Assembly (NCBI GenBank): GCA_964606225.1
Contig: CAZSGC010000002.1
Coordinates: forward strand, 1 to 36,983
Origin: an uncultured bacterium
GTDB lineage: Bacteria; CAIJMQ01; JAADFP01; CAZSGC01
Direction: 5' to 3'
DNA length: 36,983 nt
Shown here: in pieces, positions 26,838 through 35,634 of the stretch
How positions within the stretch are numbered: position 1 is the first letter of the stretch
How the letters are laid out: the number at the start of each line of letters is the position of its first letter
Notes under the pieces: generated by a model
Told to the model about the DNA's origin: nothing
What the model saw: the letters and a program-made list of their open reading frames with translations, nothing else
The model's database searches: none
Made by a program: the position numbers and the translations under genes

Positions 26838-28163
26838 TTAAAGTAAAGAATAATACCTCTCTAACTCAAAAGAGGTAACTTGAGAGCGATACTGGTCCCA
26901 TTCTATTTTCTTATTTTCTATTAATTTATGGAATACATCGTTTCCCAAGGCCTCTTTTACCAGTTCACTATTCTCCGTTATATGGATGGCTTCTATCAAA
27001 CTACCAGGTAAGGTCTGGATGCCCAAGGCTTCCCTTTCCTCTGGACTCATCTCATAAACATTTCTCTCTACCGGAGGGCATAACTCATATCCCTTCTTTA
27101 TCCCTTCCAGCCCTGCAGCCAGAAGTACAGCCAGAGCCAGATAAGGATTACAGGCGGGGTCAGGAGCACGATACTCCACTCTCATGGCTTTCTCTTTTCC
27201 AGGCTTATATACAGGAACACGAATAAGGTCAGAACGATTTCTCAAAGCCCAAGATATATAAACCGGTGCCTCATAGCCTGGGACCAGTCTTTTATAGGAG
27301 TTCACCCATTGATTAGTGATGAGGGTTATCTCCCGGGCATGTTTCAGGAGACCAGCAATAAACCTTTTCCCTGTTTCCGAAAGATGATAATTATCCTCAG
27401 GGTCAAAAAAAGCGTTCTTATCTTCTTTAAACAGGGACATGTGGGTATGCATTCCACTCCCGTTCTCTCCAAAGAGAGGTTTTGGCATAAATGTGGCGTA
27501 ATAACCCTGTCTCAGAGCCACCTCTTTAACCACAAAGCGATAGGTCATCACTGTATCCGCCATCTTCAGCCCCTCTTGATAACGAAGGTCTATCTCATGC
27601 TGAGAAGGGGCCACTTCATGATGAGAAGCCTCCACGGGAATCCCCATTCTTTGCAGAACCACTACTGTCTGTTTTCTGAGTTGGAGAGCAATGTCTAAGG
27701 GTATCAAATCAAAGTATCCTCCTGAATCCAGAGGTTGAGGGGGAACTTGTGAAGATTTAAAGTAAAAGTACTCTAACTCTGGACCCACATAAAAGGTGAA
27801 ACCCATCTCTCTTGCCTTGCGGAGATTTTTCTTAAGTACATAGCGGGGATCGTCTTCATAAGAGGAGCCATCCGGATTAAGAATGTCACAGAACATACGA
27901 GCAATCTTTACTCCATCCACATCCCAGGGTAAGATGGCAAAAGTATCAGGGTCAGGAAGAGCCACCATATCACTCTCATCTATCCTGGTGAAGCCGTGAA
28001 TAGAGGACCCATCAAATCCTGCTCCTTCATATAAAACAGTCTCCACTTCATCAGCAGTGATAGCAAAACTCTTTAAAAAACCCAGGATATCCGTAAACCA
28101 TAGCATTACAAACCCTATATTTTCTTCCTTTATCTTTCTCAGTATCTCTTCTCTCTTATCCAT
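26838..28163 (-). CDS. glnA: Glutamine synthetase type I (short, about 440-aa form)
   Basis: 441 aa. FTDILGFLKSF, FDGSSIHGF, GPELEYF, HHEVAPSQHEI, KPLFGENGSGMHTHMSLF and NSYKRLVPGYEAP motifs. GGAGGG Shine-Dalgarno 8 nt upstream. Confidence 0.95.
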   Translation of the reverse strand: MDKREEILRKIKEENIGFVMLWFTDILGFLKSFAITADEVETVLYEGAGFDGSSIHGFTRIDESDMVALPDPDTFAILPWDVDGVKIARMFCDILNPDGSSYEDDPRYVLKKNLRKAREMGFTFYVGPELEYFYFKSSQVPPQPLDSGGYFDLIPLDIALQLRKQTVVVLQRMGIPVEASHHEVAPSQHEIDLRYQEGLKMADTVMTYRFVVKEVALRQGYYATFMPKPLFGENGSGMHTHMSLFKEDKNAFFDPEDNYHLSETGKRFIAGLLKHAREITLITNQWVNSYKRLVPGYEAPVYISWALRNRSDLIRVPVYKPGKEKAMRVEYRAPDPACNPYLALAVLLAAGLEGIKKGYELCPPVERNVYEMSPEEREALGIQTLPGSLIEAIHITENSELVKEALGNDVFHKLIENKKIEWDQYRSQVTSFELERYYSLL

Positions 28164-28165
28164 AG

Positions 28166-29188
28166 TTAGTTCCCTCCTTCCGGAACCTCAAAAATTCCGT
28201 CAATTTCACCACCACAAAAGAGGCATCTATTCCCCTTAAGGTTAACCTCCCTTAAAGAAAAACCGCTTCTGGCAATAACTACCCTCCCACAGTGCGGACA
28301 ATAGGTATCTTCTCCTTCCCTCCAGCGAACATTACCTGTATACACATACTTGAGTCCTTCTTTTAATCCAAGTCTACGAGCCTCTATTAAGACTTCCAGA
28401 GAAGTGGGCGGTAAATGGGTCATTTTATAAGCGGGATAAAAGGCAGTTACATGCCAAGGTATACTCTCATCTACCTCTTTTATAAATCGGGCAATATTTT
28501 TTAACTCCTCTTCTGAATCGTTAAGCCCAGGAATTATAAGAGTGGTTACCTCAACCCATATCCCTAACTTCTTCATAAGTTTTATATTTTCCAATACCGA
28601 AGTAAGTCTGGCTTTACAGACTTTCCGATAAAAATCCTCACGAAAAGATTTAAGGTCTACATTACAGGCGTCTAAGAAAGGAGAAATTTCCTCCAAGACC
28701 TCTTTCTCCATATATCCATTGGTTACGAAGACATTCTTTATTCCTTTCTCAGAAGCCAGTTTTGCGGTATCCAGAGCAAACTCAAAAAAGATAGTGGGCT
28801 CAGTATAAGTATAGGAGATGCTTTGAGCTCCCCACTCTATAGCTCTCCTAACCACCTCTTCTGGCTTCCTCAAACTTCCCGGTATCTCATCCCTTCTATA
28901 TTGAGAGATCTGCCAGTTCTGACAATGCTCACATTGAAAATTACATCCCACTGTAGCAATGGAATAAGAGTAAGTTCCAGGGAGTAGGTGAAATAAAGGC
29001 TTTTTCTCAATGGGGTCCAGATTCTCAGAGATCAACTTACCGTAAACTAAGGAATATAAGACACCTCCTTGATTAAGTCTTACTCCACAGATTCCCTTCT
29101 TCCCTTCCTCTATGAGGCAATGTTGATGACAGAGATAGCAACGAACTTTCTTTCCTTTCAGTTTTTCATAAAAAAGCGCTTCTTTCAT
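28166..29188 (-). CDS. AmmeMemoRadiSam-system-type radical SAM enzyme (AmrS-like, PFL-activase related)
   Basis: 340 aa. N-terminal Cys cluster CYLCHQHC...GICGVR, then DPIEKKPLFH, radical SAM motif CNFQCEHCQNW, and C-terminal CPHCG...CLFCGG. Family assignment is from remembered family features, not a search. Confidence 0.8.
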   Translation of the reverse strand: MKEALFYEKLKGKKVRCYLCHQHCLIEEGKKGICGVRLNQGGVLYSLVYGKLISENLDPIEKKPLFHLLPGTYSYSIATVGCNFQCEHCQNWQISQYRRDEIPGSLRKPEEVVRRAIEWGAQSISYTYTEPTIFFEFALDTAKLASEKGIKNVFVTNGYMEKEVLEEISPFLDACNVDLKSFREDFYRKVCKARLTSVLENIKLMKKLGIWVEVTTLIIPGLNDSEEELKNIARFIKEVDESIPWHVTAFYPAYKMTHLPPTSLEVLIEARRLGLKEGLKYVYTGNVRWREGEDTYCPHCGRVVIARSGFSLREVNLKGNRCLFCGGEIDGIFEVPEGGN

Positions 29189-29251
29189 GAATAATATTAT
29201 ACTCCTCTTAGAAAACTTTTATCCTTAAAATTTACTCTTTTCTAATCTTAC

Positions 29252-29280
29252 TTGAAAATCCGGAATATTCCTGATAATAT
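29252..29280 (+). promoter_or_regulatory. Putative acpP promoter (TTGAAA-N17-TAATAT) with palindrome GGAATATTCC in the spacer
   Basis: TTGAAA at 29252-29257 and TAATAT at 29275-29280. The perfect 10-bp palindrome is at 29262-29271. AAAGGAGGT Shine-Dalgarno at 29290-29298 and ATG at 29305. Confidence 0.45.
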
Positions 29281-29304
29281 TTTTCACCAAAAAGGAGGTA
29301 GGTC

Positions 29305-29541
29305 ATGAATATCGAAGAGAGAGTTATAAAAATTATAATGGACAATTTAGATGTAAAGAGAGAACAGATTAAACCTGAGGCTTCCTTTACAGACGACCTG
29401 GGAGCAGATTCTCTGGATACTGTGGAGCTGGTAATGGCTCTGGAAGAAGAATTCGATATTGAAATTCCTGACGAGGATGCAGAAAAAATCAGAACCGTGG
29501 GAGAGGCAATTGAGTACATTAAGAAACATGTGGAAGCCTGA
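29305..29541 (+). CDS. acpP: Acyl carrier protein
   Basis: 78 aa. [19 protein letters not shown] contains the phosphopantetheine Ser (DSLD). Strong Shine-Dalgarno. Confidence 0.95.
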   Translation: MNIEERVIKIIMDNLDVKREQIKPEASFTDDLGADSLDTVELVMALEEEFDIEIPDEDAEKIRTVGEAIEYIKKHVEA

Positions 29542-29543
29542 TT

Positions 29544-30782
29544 ATGATAAGAAGGGTTGTTGTCACTGGGTTGGGGGCAGTTACACCCATTGGAAATTCT
29601 GTAGAGGAATTCTGGAAATCTTCTATAGAGGGAAGGAGTGGAATCAGCCGGATAACTCTCTTTGACGCTACTCCCTATCCCACTCGTATTGCGGGGGAAA
29701 TAAAAGATCTGGATCTCTCTTCTTATATCTCTCCCAAGGAAGAAAAACGAATGGACAGATTCACTAAATTTGCTATCTTCTCCGCCTGCCAAGCATGGAA
29801 AGATTCCGGTTTAGAGGAAGAAGGTAGTCAGGAAAAGTGGGGGGTAATTCTGGGAAGTGGAATTGGAGGATTGTGGACTATAGAAAATCAGCATTCTGTT
29901 TTAAGAGATAAAGGCCCTTCCCGTGTTTCTCCCTTTCTTATCCCCATGCTCATCACAGATATTGCTCCCGCTCAGATAGCCATAAAATTTAACTTAAAAG
30001 GACCCAATCTCTCTATCTCTACTGCCTGTGCTTCCTCTACCCATGCCTTAGGATATGCTTATCAGTTAATAAAGAAAGGAGAGGCGGATGTGATTATAAG
30101 TGGAGGAAGTGAGGCAGCCATCACTCCTTTAGGGCTGGCAGGCTTCTGCAGTATGAAGGCTCTCTCCACCCGGAATGATGAACCGGAAGCAGCCTCTCGC
30201 CCTTTTGACAGAGAAAGAGATGGGTTTGTCATGGGGGAAGGAGCGGGTATCCTAATCTTAGAAGAACTGGGACACGCTAAAGCCAGAGGTGCCCCCATAT
30301 ACGCAGAGATAATTGGCTTTGGAATGAGTTGCGATGCTTACCATGTCACTGCTCCTGACCCTGAAGGTGAAGGGCCCGTCCTTTCAATGAAAAGAGCCTT
30401 AGAAGACGCCTCTATCTCAGCCCAGGAAGTAGATTACATAAATGCCCATGGGACTTCCACCCCCCTTAACGATAAGGTAGAGACTTTGGCCATTAAGAAG
30501 GTCTTTGGAAAACATGCGGAAAAACTGGCTATCTCCTCCACCAAATCTATGGTGGGTCATATGTTAGGAGCAGCGGGAGCAGTAGAAGCCATAATCTGCT
30601 GTTTAGTAATCCAGAGAGGTATCATACCTCCCACTATCAATTATCAATATCCGGATCCAGAATGCGATCTGGATTACGTCCCGAATAAGGCTCGTAAGAA
30701 AGAGGTGAGGATTGCTCTCTCAAATTCCTTTGGATTTGGAGGTCATAACGCAACCCTTCTTTTTAAGAGATTTGAAGAGTAA
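29544..30782 (+). CDS. fabF: 3-oxoacyl-ACP synthase II FabF
   Basis: 412 aa. RVVVTGLG, active-site [29 protein letters not shown] and NSFGFGGHN. Confidence 0.93.
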   Translation: MIRRVVVTGLGAVTPIGNSVEEFWKSSIEGRSGISRITLFDATPYPTRIAGEIKDLDLSSYISPKEEKRMDRFTKFAIFSACQAWKDSGLEEEGSQEKWGVILGSGIGGLWTIENQHSVLRDKGPSRVSPFLIPMLITDIAPAQIAIKFNLKGPNLSISTACASSTHALGYAYQLIKKGEADVIISGGSEAAITPLGLAGFCSMKALSTRNDEPEAASRPFDRERDGFVMGEGAGILILEELGHAKARGAPIYAEIIGFGMSCDAYHVTAPDPEGEGPVLSMKRALEDASISAQEVDYINAHGTSTPLNDKVETLAIKKVFGKHAEKLAISSTKSMVGHMLGAAGAVEAIICCLVIQRGIIPPTINYQYPDPECDLDYVPNKARKKEVRIALSNSFGFGGHNATLLFKRFEE

Positions 30783-30793
30783 AGGAGTGAAAG

Positions 30794-31936
30794 ATGGATT
30801 TCCAGCTTAATGAAGAACAGGAACTCATGTTAGAGGAAGTAAGAAAGGTCTGTAGAGAAAAGATTAAACCCCAGGCAGAAAGAATAGAGAAAGAAGGAAG
30901 GTTCCCACGGGAGAATCTTATGCTTCTTTCTCAGATGGACCTTTTCGGAGTAATTATTCACGAAGAATATGGAGGCCTGGGGATGCGCTTCCTTACTTGA
31001 TGCTTAATTGCGGAAGAAATTTCTAAAGCCTGTGCTACTACGGGTCTATCTTATGGGGCGAATTTACTCTGCATCTACCCTATCCTTACTTATGGAAATG
31101 AAAATCAGAAAAGAAAGTATCTTCCTCTCTTGGCTAAGAATGCTCTGGGAGCCTTTGCTCTCACCGAGCCAGAAGCAGGTTCAGATGCAGGGAATGTTAA
31201 AACTCAAGCGGTAAAGAAAGATGGTAAATACTATCTGAATGGAAGAAAAATATTTATTACCAACGGGGGAGAGGCAGATATCTATGTTATCATAGCCAGT
31301 ACTGATCCCCGCAGAGGACCACGGGGGCTATCTGCCTTTATAGTAGAGAAAGACACACCTGGTTTTTCCATAGGTCAACACTTTGAAAAAATGGGATTTT
31401 CCGGTCTTCCCAATGCAGAACTGGTCTTTGAAGATTGCCCAATTCCAGAAGAGGCTCTATTATACCGGGAAGGTGCAGGCTTTAAAATTGCCATGGATAC
31501 TTTTGCTGCAGGAAGAATTGGAGTGGGAATAGGAGCCTTAGGAGTAGCCCAGGCAGCCTTAGAAGAAGCCATAAAATATAGCCGGGAGAGGGTCCAATTT
31601 GGAAAACCTATCTCTTCCTTTCAAGCCATACAGCACATGCTGGCAGAGATGGGAACACGCATTGAGGCAGCTCGCCTTCTCCTTTATAAGGCTGCCTGGT
31701 TGAAAGACCAGGGTAAACCTTTTGAGAAATTTGCCTCTATGGGAAAATACTATGCCTCTCAGATAGCCATGGAGGTCACTGTTAAGACAGTACAGATATT
31801 TGGCGGGTATGGATATATGAAAGATTATCCCGTAGAGAGAATGATGCGAGAAGCAAAACTATTTGAGATAATAGAAGGCACTTCGGAAATTCAGAAAAAT
31901 ATTATCGCCTCCCTTCTCCTCAAGGAGTTTCGCTGA
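30794..31936 (+). pseudogene. Acyl-CoA (butyryl-CoA-like) dehydrogenase interrupted by one in-frame TGA at 30998-31000 (pseudogene, error or recoding)
   Basis: Track ORFs 30794-31000 and 31130-31936 are in the same frame (offset 336 nt). Read-through gives continuous ACAD sequence: EEYGGLGMRFLT-[TGA][21 protein letters not shown]...[15 protein letters not shown]...IFITNGG...[31 protein letters not shown]. Confidence 0.8.
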
Positions 31937-32733
31937 TGGAAGTGATAGTATGTATTAAGCAAGTCCCTGACACCGAACACCTCCACGAGGTAAAGATTAA
32001 TCCAGAGACTAATACTCTGATGCGGGAGAATATTCCTGCCATTATAAATCCTTTTGACTGTAATGCTATTGAAGAAGGGCTCAGGATAAAAGAAAAACAC
32101 GGAGGCAAGGTAACTGTAATCTCCATGGGACCACCCCAAGCGGAATCTGCACTTAGAGAAGCCCTGGCTATGGGAGCAGATGAAGCAATTCTTATAAGCG
32201 ATACTGCTCTGGCAGGTTCAGATACCTTGGCTACCTCCTACACCTTAGCCCGGGCTATTGAGAAGATAGGAAAGTTTGACCTGATCCTCTTTGGGAAACA
32301 AGCCATAGATGGAGACACTGCTCAGGTGGGGCCTGAAGTCTCTGAACTCTTGGGCAGGCCTCTCATCACTTATGCGCGAAAGATTGAAATTATAGAAGGG
32401 AGGAAGGTAAAAGTGGAAAGAACTGTAGAGGATGGGTATGAAGTGTGGGAAGCAGAGTTACCATGTGTGATAACTGTATCTAAGGAGATAAACGAGCCTC
32501 GGTTTGCTTCTATGAAAGGTCTACTCAGAGCCAAAAAACAACAGATTCCTATCTGGAAAGCGGAAGACTTAGGTCTGGAGCCTACGCAGGTGGGTTTAAA
32601 AGGCTCTCCTACTCAGGTTATCCGGGTCTTTACCCCTCCTCCCAGACCTAAGGGAGAAATTCTGGAAGGAGAAAATATTCAAGAAAAGGTAAATAAATTA
32701 ATCCAAAAACTGCGGGAAAGGAAGGTAGTCTAA
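31936..32733 (+). CDS. etfB: Electron transfer flavoprotein beta subunit EtfB/FixA
   Basis: 265 aa. VCIKQVPD, NPFDCNAIEEGLR, DLILFGKQAIDGDTAQVGP and EPRFASMKGLLRAKK motifs. The start overlaps the ACAD TGA (TGATG). Confidence 0.9.
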   Translation: MEVIVCIKQVPDTEHLHEVKINPETNTLMRENIPAIINPFDCNAIEEGLRIKEKHGGKVTVISMGPPQAESALREALAMGADEAILISDTALAGSDTLATSYTLARAIEKIGKFDLILFGKQAIDGDTAQVGPEVSELLGRPLITYARKIEIIEGRKVKVERTVEDGYEVWEAELPCVITVSKEINEPRFASMKGLLRAKKQQIPIWKAEDLGLEPTQVGLKGSPTQVIRVFTPPPRPKGEILEGENIQEKVNKLIQKLRERKVV

Positions 32734-33536
32734 TGCTTGAGAGTATGACAGGTTTCTCTGAAAAAACCGTTTTCACTTCGTGGGGTTCCTTTTCTATTCA
32801 TCTAAGTTCCTTAAATCATCGTCATCTGGAGATACATTTTAATATTCCCCCCAGTATGGAGGAGGGGCGTCTTCTCTTCAAAAAGATTATAGAGAAGGAG
32901 ATCCATAGAGGGTTAGTTTTCCTCTCCATTAAAGAGAAAGGAATTCCTCCTCTTAGTATGAAAATCAATTATCCTCTCCTTAAAAAATATATTGCAGAAT
33001 TCTCTCAACTTAAAGAGATAACGGAGATAGAAAAGCCCCTTTCTTTGGAATTCCTTCTACAGTTACCAGGTGTTCTTTCCTGGGAAGAAGAAAATAAAGA
33101 AAATGTTCTTAAGGAAATTAAGGAGGCTTTGAAAGAAACAGTAAAAGAGTTAAAGGAGACGAGAATAAAAGAAGGGCAGGAATTGGAGAAGGATATTAGA
33201 AAAAGAGTAGGAACTCTGCGGGAGAAAATTAGAGAGATTGAAAAAGCGACAAAAGAAAAAGAGAGAAGATATAAAAAATCTATTTCCGAAGATACCAAAG
33301 AATTAATGGATGTCAGCGAGGAACTCACCAGAATGAAAGTCCATATAAAGACCATGACTAAAGAATTAAATCGAAGCCATTCCTCAGGAGTAAAACTTGA
33401 TTTTTTAGCCCAAGAACTCCTTCGGGAGGCAAATTCTCTCTCCTCTAAAATACAGGATGCTGAGATTACCCTGAAAGTAGTAGATATAAAGTCTGAACTC
33501 TTCAAAATCAGGGAGCAACTAAGGAACGTGGCTTAA
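32733..33536 (+). CDS. yicC: YicC-family protein (YicC N-terminal domain plus DUF1732)
   Basis: 267 aa. N-terminal MLESMTGFS, C-terminal DVSEELTRMKVHI and GVKLDFLAQELLREANSLSSK. It lies upstream of gmk, as is common. Confidence 0.85.
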   Translation: MLESMTGFSEKTVFTSWGSFSIHLSSLNHRHLEIHFNIPPSMEEGRLLFKKIIEKEIHRGLVFLSIKEKGIPPLSMKINYPLLKKYIAEFSQLKEITEIEKPLSLEFLLQLPGVLSWEEENKENVLKEIKEALKETVKELKETRIKEGQELEKDIRKRVGTLREKIREIEKATKEKERRYKKSISEDTKELMDVSEELTRMKVHIKTMTKELNRSHSSGVKLDFLAQELLREANSLSSKIQDAEITLKVVDIKSELFKIREQLRNVA

Positions 33537-33574
33537 GGGGGGGCAGGAGATTAAAGAAGAGGTGGAAAAGAAAG

Positions 33575-34180
33575 TTGAGTAAAGGATTCCTGGTTATCCT
33601 CTCTTCTCCTTCCGGTGGAGGTAAAACTACTTTAAGAAAAGAAATCCTCCATAAAAATCCCTCTCTTTACTATTCGGTTTCTTGCACCACTCGTCCACCC
33701 AGAGAAGGAGAAGAAGAGGGGAAAGATTATATTTTCCTCCCCGAGGAAGAATTCCGGAAAAAAATAGAGCAGGGAGAATTTTTAGAGTGGGCTACTGTTC
33801 ATGGATACCTCTATGGTACCTTAAAAGAAACTGTGGAGGAAAAATTAAGAGAAGGGAAGATAGTCCTTCTGGATATAGATGTTCAGGGAGCCAGAAAGTT
33901 GAGAAAGATTTTCCCTGAGAGTGTGTACATCTTTATCCTGCCTCCTTCCTGGGAAGAACTGGAGAGAAGATTAAAAAGGAGAAGAACCGAATCTCCCCCT
34001 AAAATTAAGGAGAGGTTAAAGATTGCCCAATGGGAGATTAGATTTTATACCGATTATGATTACCTCATAATTAATGATAAAGTAGAAAAGGCTGTGGAAG
34101 AAATTCTGTGTATTATTGAAGCTGAAAAGAGGAAAATGAGAAGGAATGAAAAGGTAATAGAAAAATGGTTAAAAAAATAG
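33575..34180 (+). CDS. gmk: Guanylate kinase
   Basis: 201 aa. P-loop SSPSGGGKTTL, SCTTRPPREGEEEGKDYIF and EWATVHGYLYGT. TTG start with a GAGGTGG Shine-Dalgarno 9 nt upstream. Confidence 0.9.
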   Translation: MSKGFLVILSSPSGGGKTTLRKEILHKNPSLYYSVSCTTRPPREGEEEGKDYIFLPEEEFRKKIEQGEFLEWATVHGYLYGTLKETVEEKLREGKIVLLDIDVQGARKLRKIFPESVYIFILPPSWEELERRLKRRRTESPPKIKERLKIAQWEIRFYTDYDYLIINDKVEKAVEEILCIIEAEKRKMRRNEKVIEKWLKK

Positions 34181-35022
34181 GTCTTCTTATAAATACAAGG
34201 AAAAAGAAGGCAAAGGAGTTTCTGAAAGAACTAATATCCCTCTTAAAAGAAGAAGGATTCACCGTTTATATGCTTCCCCAGGAGGCAGAGATTACAGGAT
34301 ATGATTCCTTAGGGGTGGAGAAAGAGGTCTTGAGTAAAGAAATCTCTCTTCTCATAACCCTGGGAGGGGATGGAACTTTACTTAGAGGAGCAAGAATGGT
34401 CAGCCCCTATGGGAAGCCTGTTCTGGGAGTCAACCTGGGAGGGTTAGGATTTCTTACCGAAACAAATTTCTCTTCCTTTCCCCAGGTGCTTAAAAAACTG
34501 AAGGAAGGCTCCTACCAGATAGAGGAAAGAACCATGCTGGAGGTTCAATTAAAAGAAGAAGGAACTCACCTCGTCCTTAACGATGTAGTGGTAGTAAGAA
34601 AGGACACTGCCCGTATTATTCATCTGGAGACTTTCATAGATGAACATCCTCTCACTGATTTCATGGCAGATGGACTCATCATCTCCACTCCCACCGGTTC
34701 TACAGCCCATTCTCTCTCTGCGGGTGGACCTATAATCCATCCGGGTGTGGAAGGATTACTTCTGGTTCCTATCTGTCCTCACACTTTATCTAATAGACCT
34801 CTGGTGATACCTTCTTCCAGCCAGATAAAGATTATCCCTCATACTCCTAAAGGGGTAATGGTAATCCTTGATGGTCAAGAGGTATTTCCCTTAGAAGGAG
34901 GGGGAGAAATTAAGGTAAAGGCATCTTCCCAGCGGACAAAACTTATAAAATTGGAAGATTCCAGTTATTATGAACGTCTAAGAAAGAAACTGAAGTGGAG
35001 AGGACATTCAGGAGGAAGGTAA
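34165..35022 (+). CDS. nadK: NAD kinase
   Basis: 285 aa. [46 protein letters not shown] motifs. Confidence 0.92.
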   Translation: MVKKIGLLINTRKKKAKEFLKELISLLKEEGFTVYMLPQEAEITGYDSLGVEKEVLSKEISLLITLGGDGTLLRGARMVSPYGKPVLGVNLGGLGFLTETNFSSFPQVLKKLKEGSYQIEERTMLEVQLKEEGTHLVLNDVVVVRKDTARIIHLETFIDEHPLTDFMADGLIISTPTGSTAHSLSAGGPIIHPGVEGLLLVPICPHTLSNRPLVIPSSSQIKIIPHTPKGVMVILDGQEVFPLEGGGEIKVKASSQRTKLIKLEDSSYYERLRKKLKWRGHSGGR

Positions 35023-35023
35023 A

Positions 35024-35191
35024 ATGAAAACTAATCTGGTAAGATTTGGAGTTTCTCTCCCTGAGCATCTTCTTAAAGAGTTTGACCAGTGGCGGAAGGA
35101 AAGAGGTTATTTCAACCGTTCAGAGGCACTCCGAGACCTCATTAGAGAATCTCTGGTAAAGAGAGAATGGGAGAAAGGCAGAGAAGTGTAA
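35024..35191 (+). CDS. NikR-family ribbon-helix-helix domain only (55 aa; probable truncated nikR)
   Basis: Hand-called and below the track cutoff. [55 protein letters not shown] then TAA. The pattern RF..S.P..LL..FD....GY.NRSEA.RDLIR...EWE matches NikR N-terminal domains. The metal-binding C-domain is absent. Confidence 0.6.
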   Translation: MKTNLVRFGVSLPEHLLKEFDQWRKERGYFNRSEALRDLIRESLVKREWEKGREV

Positions 35192-35229
35192 AGGGTACAG
35201 TGCTTCTACAGGTAAAACCATTTAATTTC

Positions 35230-35634
35230 TCAAACATCAAAAATTATAGTGGTGCGAGGAGGGTCTTTTTGAATTTGGAGTCCATGATAGGTGGCAGCCT
35301 TTATCTCCAGATTTAGGGAGTGAGAGGGGGAGATTTTTTCTCCCTTAGCCTCTGCTTGTAAAAACTTCCTCTCCAGTTTCTTTATGCGAAAGTCTTTGAA
35401 AACCATCCCCTGAAAATGCAAGTAAAGTAACTCATTCAACCATCGTACCAGAAGGTCTTCTAAGTCCTCTCCTTCAACTACGATCTCTTTGGTAATCTGG
35501 GGTTGGACTTTATCTAAATCTGTAATTAAAGAGAACATTCCTTTGGCCGCCGTCTGGAAAAGGTCTTCTAAACTCTCCCCTTCCACCTTAATTCCTACAT
35601 CCGCGGTATGGGAAATTTCCTCAAACTTACCCAT
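35230..35634 (-). CDS. Archease-family protein
   Basis: 134 aa. FEEISHTADVGIKVEGESLEDLFQTAAKGMF, LLVRWLNELLY, IKAATYHGLQI and a C-terminal IIFDV match the archease pattern. The start overlaps the gyrA TAA (TAATG). Confidence 0.8.
   Translation of the reverse strand: MGKFEEISHTADVGIKVEGESLEDLFQTAAKGMFSLITDLDKVQPQITKEIVVEGEDLEDLLVRWLNELLYLHFQGMVFKDFRIKKLERKFLQAEAKGEKISPSHSLNLEIKAATYHGLQIQKDPPRTTIIFDV

Noticed and set aside
28164-28200. Sigma-54 (TGGCAC-N5-TTGCA) promoter upstream of glnA, and at the TTGCAC hexamers near 11686 and 11779.
   Set aside because: glnA has only a 2-nt gap to the upstream gene. At the TTGCAC sites there is no GG dinucleotide at the required -24 spacing.
30998-31060. 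Possible SECIS element downstream of the in-frame TGA in the ACAD.
   Set aside because: Only short A/U-rich self-complementary stretches (GAAAUUUC, GCUU...AAGC) are present. I see no stable stem with the expected apical loop at the usual distance. This cannot be excluded without a proper fold, so the possibility is kept only as an alternative in the finding.
31008-31214. 68-aa ORF in a different frame, between the two halves of the acyl-CoA dehydrogenase.
   Set aside because: The ACAD frame reads through this stretch with clear homology ([21 protein letters not shown]...). No frameshift is needed, only the single TGA.
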